A DNA stretch of 64,000 bases from the human T2T-CHM13v2.0 reference genome, Homo sapiens: the NCBI RefSeq assembly GCF_009914755.1, contig NC_060938.1. One strand, written 5' to 3'. A program made the position numbers and the translations under genes. Positions within the stretch are counted from its first letter, which is position 1. Each line of letters opens with the position of its first letter. The notes beneath the pieces were generated by a model. That model searched no databases, was not told the origin of the DNA, and saw only the letters and a list, made by a program, of their open reading frames with translations. Of the stretch, positions 15,944 through 30,304 are shown piece after piece.

Positions 15944-17678
15944 ACCAGCACCATCATCATCACGGCCATCAGGCCATCATCATTCCCTTGGTTCGTCACC
16001 ATTCTCTCTCCTGGATTATTGCAGTACTTTAATGAGGTTCAATGCTTTTGTTCTTTATTCTCCACACAGACGCCTCTGTGATTCTTTCAGATCATGTCAT
16101 TCTTCTGCTCTCAGGGCCTGCCCTCTCCTGTGTCTCTCTTGTCTCAACCACACACACATTTGCCGCCTTACTCTTCTTGCCAAGAAGTATGTTCCTGCTT
16201 CAGCGCCTTTGCGCTTGCTTTTCCCTCTGTCTGGATGACTCCTCTTTTCCAGATACCTGTGTGGCTGCTCCACTTTTTGCAGGTTCTCGTATACGTGAGG
16301 CTTTCTCTGATAGCCTATGTGAAATAGCAACTTCCCCAGCTCTCACAAGACTCCATAGCCCACCTTTTAAAATAGTATGGTATTTATTCCTAACTGATAT
16401 CTATTTATTTGTTTTTATGTCTTTCTTATCTTATTAGAATATAAGCTCTGAGAGGGCAGGAACTTAGTTTCGTTCACTGCTGTATTTTTAGGACCTAGAT
16501 TAGTGTAAAGCACATGTAGTACTCCGATGAATGATTGAGAAGTGCACAAGACACAGCTTCTGCTTTCAAGGAACTTAAAATCTAGCCTGGGGGTAATGAG
16601 TTGTTACTGTTAGAACTGCTAGGAAAGGGTAAGTAAAGAGGGACCCTGATCTTATAGTCAGGGGATGAACCCTAGACCAGGGGTGGTCAGGACAGAGAAT
16701 TTGTAAACATTTTAGGAAACATACTAGTAAAAGGTAGATAGTTTGAAGTATACACCAAAAATAAAGCAAAATCCAACATTTTGTGTTAAAATCTCAGACA
16801 GCCATAGGTTATTATTTGCATGCTCTTACAATAATAACTGTAAGTGATAATGACTGTTTTAAAAGTACATGTATAGGTTCTTTAACCCCGTGACCTCATG
16901 AGGTTTTGCTGTTAGTAGGCAAGTTGTGAGCTGGGATTTACACAGAGCTTTCTGAAGGCAAAGTCACTGTACAGGCTGCCTTTTATTTATTCCCCCCCAA
17001 AAAGTGCCTAAATCTGTGGAGAGATCGTACATTAAGTTAGGAAACAGTCTTAGGACTTTCTTTATAGGATTCAAACACTTTTGGTGTTTATTTAGGAGCA
17101 TTTGTGGATACTTTGAAAGGTGGACTCTATATACATCAACTAGTTAAAAATCTTTTAAGTAGTGAAAATGAAGAAAAAATTTTTGCTTCTTAATTCTGAT
17201 TGTCCTGTCTGTTTCCTTTAAGGTACTCATTCTTTTTTATCTAGTTACAGTGATTTTTGTACATGTCACAGATGATGAGATTTTTGGGGGTGAGTGGCAT
17301 TTTTGTATGGTGGAAAGCAGATTGGAATTAGTGTCTTGATTTTTGAATCTTGGCTTTCTTATTGATTGTGTGTCCTGTGGGCAAGACTCCACCTTTCTGA
17401 ACCTTGATTTACTCATTTGTGAGATATTTCATGGGTGTTTTTCAAGAAAATATTTATGAAATAGAAGAAATTATTTACCTTCAGAATGGCCTTCAGTAAA
17501 TGTCATTTGAAAAAATGGCTAATTGGAAGTATTTCCTCTATAATGCTGTATGACTGTAGGAGACTAAATAGCTCTGGATTATTAAGTCAAATCATTTTCA
17601 TAACATATTGCTCAATATATTGTTTTCCTCTGTAAAGCAATATATCCCTAGGTGATGAAATAGAACATTAAAATTTAT

Positions 17679-17988
<310 letters not shown>

Positions 17989-18169
17989 TTATTACGTAAG
18001 TGGTTCCCAGACTCCTCCAGTTGACATCAGAATCACTTGACAATGTTAATGATGTGCAAGCCCTTTCTTATTCGGTAGATCTGGAGTGTGGCCTATTGAT
18101 TTGTATTTTATAAACATTCTAGGTAAGTTTAAATAACTTGATCAATATTCCTAACTACCAGCCCCTGAC

Positions 18170-18947
18170 TGACATCCAGCTGCTACTCAACGTACCTCTT
18201 GGCTGTCTCACAGGCATCCCAAAAGTATCATGCCCAAAAGCTTCTGAATTCCCCCCTAAACAACACTGCCACAAAATGTTTTTCCTCACTCTGTCATGTT
18301 AGTTAATGGCACTGTCTGTATCTAGTTGCTTATCCCCCACCCCTTGCTTTTGAGCAAATCTTACCACTTTCTGCTCAGAGGAAAAGACATAAATCTGTGT
18401 CATTCTTTTAAATATTCTTTAAAGATTTTCTTTGGCACTTAGAAAAAAATCCAGAATCTTTATTAAGCCACCAGAGCTTATTCTGCCTTTGTTTACAGTT
18501 TGTGCAGTTTTCCCACTGTGCTGTAGTCACACTGGCCTTTCTGTTACTTTAGCCCACTGAGCCTTTTCCTCCTGTGAGACCTTTGCACGTGTTGTGCCTT
18601 CTGAAAGGATACTCTTCCTTCTTGCTCTTTGCAAGGCTGGCTGCTACTTAATCTTTAGGGCTGGACTTCAGTATTATCCCCTCACAGAGGCTGAGCCTGA
18701 TAACCATAAATAGGTTCCCTCTCTTTTTTTTCATCATTCCATTCCATAACTTTCTTCCATAGCACTTAACACAAACATATATTTTTTGTTTGTTTACTTG
18801 TTTGTCCTCTCGATCATCCTCCACTTCCATACCTTGTAAGTTCCATGAGGGCAGGGGCCAGGTCTGATTTACTCATCAGTGTTTATCAAGTGTCTGCATG
18901 ACTGCCTGGCTCATATTAGGATCTGAAGAAGTATTTGTTGAATGAAT
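18170..18947 (+). mobile_element. L2 3' fragment
   Basis: L2 3' end ttgtaagttccatgagggcagggg...tatttgttgaatgaat. Confidence 0.7.
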
Positions 18948-19812
18948 TTTTTATTATACATGTGAAGCTTTTTTAGACTTGTTAACTGATGTAGAATAGT
19001 TGGAGGTGGAGGGAGGATTGTGGTAGGCTGTATCATATGGTGGAGCTGCTTACTTAGGGGTTAGGTTCGGTGTCAGTCTCTACAAGACAAAAATCAAATA
19101 TAAAATTACTGAAAAATCAAATACAAAATGACCCTTGAAAAACACTTAAGTCATTGAAAGTGCAGTACGTATGGCTTTTTGTGCATACAGCTGTGTGGTT
19201 ATACATACATACATGATATATACAGTAATATATACCACATAAATCTGTGGAGAGATTATATTCAGACTCTAAATCATTAACAAAATTTATAAAGGTTTCA
19301 ACATTTTCTTCCTAGTTGTCTTCATTGTTTTCTGTAACTGATCTTTGTCATCTTTAGAATGATATATCTTTTATTAGTGAGGATTACGCTAAAGCTCTCA
19401 GGTCATTTTCTTTCCCCCAATTTAAAAGTATTTAAAGATCATTTTAAACAAGATTTAGTTAGGGTGACTAAAACAGGGATTTTCATATTTTAAAATTTAT
19501 ATTTCTCTAAAAGTTTAGATCAAGCTAGAAAAGTTACTGTGCTATAAATTAGCAATTTATATTGCTATTGCATATTGTACATATGATTTTTAAGTATTAT
19601 TTTCTGCATCCTTTAGGGGAAGGTTAATGACTAGTGGATGGCCTGTTTAGATCTATTAGCCTGTGCCCTTTACCAGTATTTTCAATATTTAGGATCAAAG
19701 TGAGTCTAATTATTTCCATAACTGGTCATGGCACAGATATAACTCTTATGTATTATATTACCTATAATAAATTAAGGGTACACTGTCCAAAGATGGTTTA
19801 CACAGAAAACCA

Positions 19813-20058
19813 TCTACCACATGTTCTCACTTATAAGTGGGAGTTAAACATTTGGATACCCACAGATACAAAGAAGGGAACAATAAATACTGGGGATTCC
19901 AAAAGCGGGTAGGGGGCGAGGGTTGAAAAGCTATACATTGGCTACTGTGTTCACTACTTGGGTGACAGGATCATTAGAAGCCAAACCTCAGCATCACTTA
20001 ATATGCCTATGTGACAAACCTGCACATGTACCTTGCTGAATCTAAAGGAAAAAAGAAA
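19813..20058 (+). mobile_element. L1P (L1PB-like) 3' end
   Basis: ttctcacttataagtgggagttaaac...aacctgcacatgtacc plus an A-rich tail. Confidence 0.8.
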
Positions 20059-22155
20059 ATTAGACCTCCAAGAAAGCAGCCATATTTGTCAATTTGTAGA
20101 AAAGTGTATTAATTTACAAAAAAAGCAGTTGATTTATAAAATGTTCTGTCTTTTGTGACGTAAAGGTGGAGTGTTTTCTCCCACTTGAAAATTACTCCAA
20201 ATCATAAAATCATTTGGTAATTGGAAAACTAGGAAAGTTTCTATTTTTTTTCTAGCCTTTGAATACACAGATTCAGTCAGGTAATTTGCTTTCTCTAGCT
20301 GACTTTACTGAGAGTTAAATCTTTCAACATTTTATTAAAGAATTTTCAAACATATAGGAAAGTTGAGAAAATTGTACCCACCACCTGGATTCTGTGTTTT
20401 TAAATATTGTGTCTCTATCTGTTTTATTCCTCTATCTGTCCACCCTTTTTTAGGGAGATGCATGTAAATTAAGTTACACTTCTATACAAATCACCCCTAA
20501 ACTCTTCAGCAGGTGCATTGTCAGGTAGGTTCTAAAGGCACAATCTTCAGTGAACCATTCGATGAGTTTTGATAAATGCACACGTTTGCGTAGTGTAGAC
20601 TTGGCATGTTGTAGAATATCAGCGTCACTCCAGATAGTTTCTGCTTGACCTTCTGAGTCAGTCCTCTCATTCTTGTTCTGACTTTTTTTCATTATAAATT
20701 AGGTTATCCTGTTCTAGAATTTCATATAAATGGAATCATGTAGCACATGCTTTGTGTAAGCCACCTTCACTCAGCATAACGTGGTTGAGATTAATCCATG
20801 GTGTTGTATCAGTAGCTTTTTTCCTTTTTATTGCTGAGTAATATTCCTTTGTATGACTGTGCTACAGTTTGCTCACCTTTATCCATTCCCGTGTAGATGA
20901 GCAGCTAGGCTCTTCCCAGTTTTTGGCTACTATATGTAAAGATGCCAACATGAGGATAGGTTTTATCAGAACTCAAAGACACTGGAAAACTTTACGGAAT
21001 CTCAAAACCCTTTTCTCTTTCCAAATAAGACCATGTTTTAATTTAAAAATCTTTTTGTTCAGCTGTTCTGATTTATTTGTCTAAATCAGAAATTATAGAT
21101 AAGTAAAAAGAAAATACAGCCATTGGTAATTCCATCACCCCTGTCTGTAGAACATTTTAGTAACCAAAATATATTTGGAGTTTTAAATACTACTTTGATT
21201 ACAAAAATGGGCTCATAGAATTCATACTGTTTTCAAGTCTCCTATTTTCACTTTAAATTATGAGTGTTTCCATGGGTTGGGGGTAAGTGGCTTTTTAATA
21301 GCTCTGCAGTAGATCATATGTGTTACAGTTTAATCATTTACCTCTTACTGGTTATGTAAGTCATTTCCAGGTTTTAGCTATTTAGAAAACAGTAGGGTGA
21401 ATACTCTTGTAGTTAAATATTTGTACTAGTATTTTGTATAAATTCCTAAAAATAGACTTGTTGGATTATCTTCTTTGATAAATACTCATTTTACAAATAC
21501 TGAGTGAATCTTTATATTGAGAGAGAATATAAATATGAGAATGAGAAATGGGTAGATAATGCAGGGTTCCTGGAATACAAAATAGGATTGTGGTCCAGAA
21601 AGCACATGTGTTAAAGGATTATCCTCAGAGCAGGAAGGAAGGAGGCAAGGATGAAGGGATAAAGGATGAAGGATGAAGGGATAAATCATGGAGGAAGGGA
21701 TAAACAGTTCATGGGAAAAGTTGAGGTTCATCTTTTATGATTTATGTAATCTCCTTAGAGGACAAAGTGAGTGTGTTCTGTTGAGAGTGAAAGAGGAGGT
21801 GAAGAGGATATTTAAGGTTTGAGGGAGATCCCCCAAATGTGACATGCTATTCTTACTTTTGGTAAGTGGAAAAGTGAACTATCAAGGGATGGTAGGATTG
21901 TTGAACAATTTTGAAGGTATCTTTGAGATTGGAGAACATGAATTCAGAGTGTCGAAGAGGAATGTTCAGGAGAGAAATCTGGGGTAAAATTTACTTGCAA
22001 GTTATCAGCATGTAGATCTTCTGGGAAGAAAGTTTATCTCATTAAAAAGAAAATGGCCTTGGACAGAATTCCAAGGCCTAAACAGCATTTAGAAATCAGC
22101 AAAGGAAGACAGAGTTGTAAAATGAAGACGAAAAAAGAGCCAGGGAAAGAGAGTA

Positions 22156-24412
22156 CAGGCGTACCTTGGAGATATTGCAAGTTTGGTTCCAGATCACTGC
22201 GATAAAGCGAATATTGCAATAAAATGAGTCACAAATTTTGTGGTTTTCCAGTGCATATAAAAGTTATATTTACATTATGCTGTAGTCTGTTAAGTGTGCG
22301 GTACCATTGTGTCTAAAAATACAATGTATATACCTTAATTAAAAAATACATTATTGCTTAAAAATATGCCAAGGATTATCTGAACCTTCGGCGAGTTGTC
22401 ATTTTTTTGCTGGTGAAGGGTCTTGCCTAAGTGTTGTTGACAGACCAGGGGGTGACTGTTGAAGGTTGAGGTGGCTGTGGCAATTTCTTAAAATAAGACA
22501 ACAATGAAGTTTGCAGCATCAATTGACTCTTCTTTTCATGAAAGATTTATCTGTACGTGTAATGCTGCTTGATAGCGTTTTACCCACAGTAAAACTTCTT
22601 TCAAAATTAGAGTCAGCTGTCTCAAATCCTGTTACTGCTTTGTCAGCTAAGTTGATGTAATATTCTAGATCTTTTGTTGTCATTTCAACAGTGTTCACAG
22701 CGTCTTCGCCAGGAGCAAATTGGATCTCAGGAAATCACTCTCTCTGCTCACCCATAAGAAGCAACTCCTCATCTTTTCAAGTTGTGTCATGAGATTACAG
22801 CAATCCAGTCACATCTTCAGGCTCTACTTCCAATTCTAGTTCTCTTTCTGTTTTCACCACATCTGTGGGATTTCCTCCACTGAAGTCTTAAACCCCTCAA
22901 AGTTATCCATGAGGGTTGGAATAAACTTCTTCCAAACACCTTGTCAATGTTAATATTTCTACCTCCCATGAATCATGTATGTTCTTAATGGCATCTAGAA
23001 TGGTGAGACCTTTCCAGAAGGTTCTCAGTTTACTTCATCCAGATCCATCAGAGGAATCACTGTCTGACAGCCTTATGAAATGTATTTCTTAAATACTAAG
23101 ACTTGATAGTCAAAATTACTCCTTGATCCATGGGGCTGGAGAATAGATGTTGTGTTAGCAGGCATGAAAACAACATTAATTTTCTTCTATGTCTCCATCA
23201 GAGCTCTTGGATAACTAGGTACCATGTCAAGGAGCAGTAGTATTTTGAAAGGAATCTTTTTTTCAGACCAGTAGGTCTCAAAGATGGGGTTAAAATATTT
23301 AGTAAACCATGCTGTAAACAGATGTGATGTCTTCTGGGCTTTATTGTTCCATTTATAGAACACAGGCAGAATAAATTTGGAATAATTCTTAAGGGCTCTT
23401 GGATTTTTGGAATGGCCAATGAGCATTGACTTTAACTTACAGTCACCAGTTGCATTAGACACTAGCAAAAGAGTCAGCCTGTCTTTTGAAGCTTTAAAGC
23501 CAGATATTGACTTAACCTTCTCTGGCTATGAAAGGCCTAGATGGCATATTCTTCCAGAAGGTTGTTTTATCTACACCAAAAATCTGTTGTTTGGTGTAGC
23601 CACCATCAGTGATCTTAGATCTTCTGGATAACTTGCTGCAGCTTCTACATCGGCACTTGTTGCTTCATGTAAACTTTTATGTTATGGCAACAGCTTTAAC
23701 CTCATGAACCAACTTCTGCTAGAGTCAAATTTTCTTCAGCTTCCTCACCTCTTAGCCTTCATAGAATTGAAGAGAGTTGGGGCCTTGCTGTGGATTAGGC
23801 TTTTGGCTTAATTAAGGGAATGTTGTGGCTGGTTTGATCTTCTATTCAGACCACTCAAACTTTCTCCATATCAGCAATGTTATTTATTTGTGTGTTCACT
23901 GGAGTAGCACTTGTAATATTCTTCAAGAACTTTTCCTTTGCATTCAGAACTTGACTTTTGGTGCATGAGGATTAGCTTTCTACCTGTCTTGGCTTTTGAT
24001 GTGCCTTTCTCACTAAATTTAATCATTTCCAGCTTTTTGTTTAAAGTGAGAGAAACGTGACTCTTCCTTTCACTTGAACACTCTTTACTATCGTCTGTGG
24101 GCAAGGTTGATGATACTCCCATCAACAAATCTTTGATTTTACTATTTTATTTTAGAATTTACACTATTGTAATTCTAAAATAGTAAAATCAAAGATTACT
24201 GATTACAGATCACTGTAACAGATATAGTAAAGAAAAAGTATGAAATATTGAAGAGTTACCAAAATGTGACACACAGACAAAGTGAGCACATGCTGTTGGA
24301 AAAATGGTGCTGATAGAGACATGCTCCACAGAGGTGTCACAGCTTTTCAGTTTGTACAAAATGCAGTATCTGTGAAGCACCATAAAGCTAAGCACAACAT
24401 AAGATCTGCCTG
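22156..24412 (-). mobile_element. Tigger1 (pogo-family DNA transposon), near full length, transposase decayed
   Basis: TA|CAGGCGTACCT terminal repeat and a matching far end (...atctgcctg). Minus-strand ORF pieces SSERKSHVSLTLNKKLEMIK and [33 protein letters not shown] are Tigger transposase-like. Confidence 0.92.
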
Positions 24413-24599
24413 CATTTTGCAGAGGAGAATGGTTAAAAATGCCAAATTTTCTTCTAGGACTAGGTAGTGCTAATTTAAATCTCTGTCAACAGTATTGAGA
24501 GTACTTGTTTTCCCACTCTCACATAACACTTTTCCAAAACAGGGTGTTACTGTTATCAATTTCTTATTCAATGGAGTGTTCGTTTGTTGGTGGTTTTTT

Positions 24600-24898
24600 G
24601 GTTTTTTTTTTTTTTTAGACAAAGTCTTTTTCATCGCCCAGGCTGGAGTACAGTGGTGTGATAATAACTCCCTTCAGCTTCAAACTCATAGGCTCAGTGG
24701 ATCCTCCTGTCTCAGCTTTCTGAGTAGCTGGGACTGCAGGCCTGTGCCACCACAACTAGCTACTTTTTAAAATTTTTTTGTTGAGGCGGGGGTCTTGGTA
24801 TGTTGCCCAGGCTGGTCTCAAACTCCTGGCCTCAAATGATCATTCTGCCTCAGCCTCCAGAGTCACTGGGATTACGGGCATGAGCCACTGCACCCGAC
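24600..24898 (-). mobile_element. AluJ
   Basis: Reverse Alu. Confidence 0.88.
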
Positions 24899-25326
24899 TC
24901 AATGGACTATTTAATGAAACATCCAGTAATAAGTATCAGTAATATTTTGTCCTTGACAGTAGACAGAATTTTTCTTGAAGTATTTTTTAAATTTCAACTT
25001 TTTTAGTCCAAATTAAGGATGCATACTGCACTAACATATTGCATAAGAAATTTGATCTGATTTTTCCTATTCTTTGTAATTAATTTTCACAGCAAGCAAC
25101 TGACAAGCAGAAATGTTTCTTTGAGAGAGACTGAGTGCCTCCTTCTGTTATCTGAGTTAAATGATTTTCCTGTGTCTCTTAGGAAAGCTGGAGGGGCTAA
25201 GAATTTTTTGGCAGGTGAGTTGAGACACCTGAGAGTAATAACACTAGAATAGCACAGACTAATAATATGGAGAAGAGAAGATTACAACAAACGTTCTATA
25301 GAGTTGATTGCTGTTGACTTCTTTAG

Positions 25327-25446
25327 CATATAGATGAACTTTACTAAATCCATATAGATGAACTTTACTAAATACTATAGATGAAATAAGTAGCTACTGA
25401 TTCTGGTTCCTCTGGTTTCTCTGCTCCCCCCCCCCCCCCCCCCCCC
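25327..25446. repeat. 24-bp tandem duplication (25327-25385) and C21 homopolymer (25426-25446)
   Basis: catatagatgaactttactaaat(c/a) about 2.4 copies; run of 21 C. Confidence 0.9.
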
Positions 25447-27093
25447 ACCAAATAGGAGATGCTTTATTTGGTAGAATTGTAAAACAGTTCAGAGTTCTTC
25501 TTTTATCCCTGGAACCTGAGCAGTTGCATCTTTTATAACTTGCACTGTCAGTGCTAGTTGCTTTGTGTTACAAGAAAGAAAAGAAAACTTAGGGAAAAGG
25601 AAGTCATTTCCTTTGAGGTTTTAAGGGGGAAAAAAAAGTTGCATTCTGTAGAGCTTTGAACGAGCCAAATAGAACCCTGAGCGCCAACTGCCCTGAGAAC
25701 AGGCAGGAAGATTAATCACAACTTTGAGAAGCTTGAATCACGTGTCTGGCTGTTTTCCTTTTCCTACCCCTCCTCACTCCTTGTTTGAGTGTTGTCTAGA
25801 CATATACTCAACAGATCTAATTATTGCAGTTGTCATCTTTAAAACTTTACATTTTGTTATAATTTTAGATTTACAGACAAGTTGCAAAGATGGAGTTCCT
25901 GTATACCCTTCACCCAGTGTCCTCTAATACTAAAATGTTACATAACCATGGTTTCAAAAAATTAGAAATTAACATTAGTGCAATGCTATTAATGGACTAT
26001 ACACTTTATTTGGATTTCATCAGTTGTACTTTTTCTGTTTCAAGATCCTTCAGTCCAGGCCACTGTGTTGCATTTAGTATCATCTTTACTATGGCTTTCT
26101 TCTTTTCCCCTCACAGGCTAGAATTCTGTTCTTTGAGGATGTATACAATTTGTCAAATGTATCTTATGAGAAAAATTTGCAAAAGGTTTTATGTCTATGA
26201 TAGATACATTTCAGATGGACAAAAGAGAGGGAGAGTATTCTGAATATTTTTGAATAACCTAATACAGGCTAACCATTAACCTATATTAGGCTATTTTAAA
26301 ACTGAGGTATTTTACATATGACAAATTTCGTAAAATGAAATAATTCCAAGATGAAAAAGACTAGAGCTCATTTATGACAGTATGGACACCTGTCTCTTGG
26401 CTCTCTGTATAATGCTGTTTTTACTAATTTATAAATTGAGGCTATGAGACAAGTACACAGCCATATTATAAGGTAGAATATGACTAATGCCTTGTGTGTC
26501 ATAAAGTGCTCAGGAATTGGAAGGAGGATGTAATTATTTCCTAGAATGCTTTATGCAGAGGATATTCATACATTCAGAACCTTCACTGTGTGCTGGGTGC
26601 TGTGGTAGGCCTTATGGTGGGACCTTTATGAGGTTATTTGTGCTGGAGTAGTGTTTCCATAATCTTCCCACTGGGCAAATTAATCTTTGTTCTGGGGAAA
26701 AGATTGTTCCTTAAAAGAATGTATGTTCTTGGATGTAGTGTTTTGCTCTGCTTAAGTATTCTAATTTATCTAACACATTAAGGGTTTCTCAGTGAGTTAT
26801 TTTTTAGCTTCTGAGAATATTATTTATAACATTCTTGGTATGTATCTGGAATGGTTAAAAGAAATGATATAAAAACAAACAATTCAGAAAACCTAAATAA
26901 ACCAATTTCATTTTCACTCAGCAGTATTTATGCCACAAATATACATTACACGTAATTTCCACAAGCCTCACAGACCCTCATGACCCTCATGACAAAACTG
27001 AAATGAACTTGGATGGGGAATAAAGAGGAATTTTGGGTTGTTTTTGGCATTTTACTAATGAAATCCTCAATTTCATATGTATTTGATTTATAT

Positions 27094-27212
27094 ATCAAGC
27101 AGTCCTCCCATCTGAGTCTCCTGAGTAGCTAGGACTACAGGTGTGAACCAACATGCCAGGCTAATTTTTGAATTTTTGTAGAGATAAGATCTGCCTATGT
27201 TGCCCAGGCTGG
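27094..27212 (-). mobile_element. Alu fragment
   Basis: tcaagcagtcctccc...tgttgcccaggctgg. Confidence 0.75.
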
Positions 27213-28007
27213 TAAAGATATTTTCAAAGTGAGAATAAAGATAGCTAATCTTAACAAAAATATGCTTTGTTACCAAAAATCTTACTTTACTCCCTTAATG
27301 TCACAGTATTGAATATTGAAGAATACCAGGATGTGTTATTGAAAAATATACTTAAAATACTTTAAATATACTTGAAGTGATCTTTTTTCAATTTCTGAAT
27401 ATGAAGATTTTCAAATGTATAAGAAAATTGAAAGAATGCTTCATCTAGATTCCACTATTATGAACCTTTTTGAAAAATCACATTTGTTTCAACTATATAA
27501 AGATGCATGGTATTTATCTGTACATACTCTGTCTCTCTTACACACATATCTGACTCAATTGACAGTATGTTGCAGACATTATGACACATCACCCCCTAAA
27601 TGCTTCAGGCAATATTTTTAATTTGTCTATTGGTACATTTGGAGGGGGAGTTGTTTTTCAAAATATATGTCGGGATAGGTGATTCTGATGGCCATTCCAA
27701 GTTAACAGTCACTGTGCTGGGAGGTCTGTTATTTGTGAATGCCTGAAAACATCTTATTATTTCCTACTTAGGTTTTAGTTTAACTCATCTCCCTTTTTCA
27801 GCACTGAAGAAATTGCTGAGTAACTGATTCTGGCAATAATGTACACTTTTATGGTATGGATAATAGTACAACTTATATAGTGCTTTTTACCCAGTATGGT
27901 GTATTTATGGAGCATTTCACCCTTAAGTTAAAAATCCTTTGTTAAGTTTTTGTCATGAAAATAATACTAGTTGTAGAAATTATTCCAGACAGTAGTTAAG
28001 TATATAT

Positions 28008-28208
28008 AGAAAACATGAATTTTTAAAAAATCTTTAATAGGTATTAGACAAAAACATGAATTTTTTTCTTGCAAACCTTTAATAGGTATTAGATGAAAAC
28101 ATGAATTTTTTTACAAACCTTTAATAGGGGAGAATTTTATAGCATGGAGAAAACCGGTAAATGTGAATACTATATATTTTAAGGTTATATAATAAAAATA
28201 GGGGAAAT
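28008..28208 (+). repeat. Arm A of a 201-bp inverted repeat (arm B at 28943-29143); each arm holds about 3 tandem 41-45-bp units
   Basis: Ungapped reverse-complement alignment with 9 mismatches in 201 nt. Confidence 0.95.
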
Positions 28209-28942
28209 GTTATAAATAAAATAAAAAGTCTTCTGTTCTCTATCATCCACGCTACCAGTTCACATGCCTCAGAGATAATGGTTGTTTCCTCTTGGTAGTG
28301 TATATATACAAACATATATTCATATATGTATGTACTTGAAATAGCCAATGGGATTATATTTGTGTTGCAGGATCCACTGAAGTGCATGTAACTCTTCTTC
28401 ATTTTTTGAACCATTTTAGAGTAATCCATTGTATAAATTATTGGTTCCCTAGTGGGGGACATTTAGGTCATTACCTTTTTTTTTTTTTTTTTGCTAGTGC
28501 AAACAATGCTGGGCAATATATTAGTGAACACTTACGTATATAAGACTTGTGGGATTTGTAGCATTAGTTTATAAAAATTACTGGGTCAAACGGTATGCAC
28601 ATTTAAAATCAAACTAGATGTTGCCAAATAATACCTCAAACAAATCTACCAATTTATATTCTCTCCAGGATGTGAAAGTATCTGTTTCCTTTTGTTTGTA
28701 CCAACATTGGTTATTATGAATCTTTCTCAATGTGATAGTGTAAAATGGCATCTTGTTTTAATCTATGTTTCCTTAATCATGAATTCTTTGAGTATCTTTT
28801 CATATGCCTAGTAGACACACACACATGTCTTTTTTCTTTTAACTGCCTTTTGTATATTTTGTCCTTTTCTGAAACGTTGTTTTTCTGTGATTTGTGAGAG
28901 TTCTATATATATGTAAAAATTAGTTATTGTGGTTTATTAAAG

Positions 28943-29143
28943 ATTTCCCCTATTTTTATTATATAACCTTAAAATATATAGTATTCACATTTACCAGTTT
29001 TCTCCATGCTATAAAATTCTGCTCTATCAAAGGTTTGTAAAAAAATTCATGTTTTCATCTAATACCTATTAAGGGCTTGTAAGAAAAAAATTCATGTTTT
29101 TGTCTAATATCTATTAAAGATTTTTTTAAAATTCATGTTTTCT
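28943..29143 (-). repeat. Arm B of the 201-bp inverted repeat, within an old antisense L1M relic
   Basis: Reverse complement of 28008-28208. Confidence 0.95.
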
Positions 29144-29667
29144 TCCAATACTTTTAAAATATGGCAATAAATTTGCATGATTAAAAACCAACAAAACTCC
29201 AAAAGATGATGAAAGGTTGCCGTTTTCTACCTGCACATGATCCTCCTGTTGTCCACTCGTGTACCACCTCCCACAAGAAACCACTATGAACAGTTTCTTG
29301 TGCATCCCACTGTAGCATAAAGATGAAAATTCAAATATATGTCTGCCTCTCCCCTACCATACTAGTGTATATACTGGCTTCCCCACCCCCTACTTAATAT
29401 ATCTTAAACATCTGTCCATCGGTAGCTAAGGGCTTCTTGAGTTGTTTTAATAGTGAATAGTATTCCATTGCCTGGATGTATTATTTAACCTGTTGCCAGC
29501 TGACAGATTTTTTTTTTAACAGCCTTTGCTAACACAAAACATGCTGCAGTAAATAATTTGCACAGTCATTTCACATGTGTCCAGGTACATTATTAAGATA
29601 AATTCCTATAAATAGGATTGCTTTGTCAAAGGGCTAATACTTCTGCAGTTTTGAAAGATACTGCCTA

Positions 29668-29991
<324 letters not shown>

Positions 29992-30304
29992 CTACCAAAT
30001 TGCCCTCAAGATATTTTAAAAGAAACCTGGTTTTAGAATGCATAGAAAAGTCTCAAAGATAGTGCAGAGAGATCCCGTATACACTGCATCCGGTTTCTCC
30101 TCTTGTTAACATCTTAGATTACTGTGGTGCATTTGTCACAACCAGTGAGCCAATACTGATACATCATTATTAACTTAAAGTTCATACTTTATTCAGATTT
30201 CTTTAGTTTTCACTTAATGTCCTTTTTCTGTTAGGTTCCATCCAAAACTTTTGATTTTAGTTTATTAATTTTGAACTAGTCACCTTATATAACTAGTTTA
30301 TTCC

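Larger units (their letters stand above)
15450..16540 (+). mobile_element. L2 relic hosting the duplication copy and the CCT tract
   Basis: L2-like atctcaattaatggcag, cctggattattgcag, tagaatataagctctgagagggcagg, gatgaatgattga. Confidence 0.65.

Noticed and set aside
15667-16002. 111-aa poly-glycine ORF on the minus strand
   Set aside because: It is just the translation of the (GGA/GGG)n tract; there is no splice or promoter support.
28008-28126. Three regularly spaced repeats superficially like a CRISPR array
   Set aside because: Eukaryotic context, head-to-tail tandem copies without unique spacers, and no cas genes.
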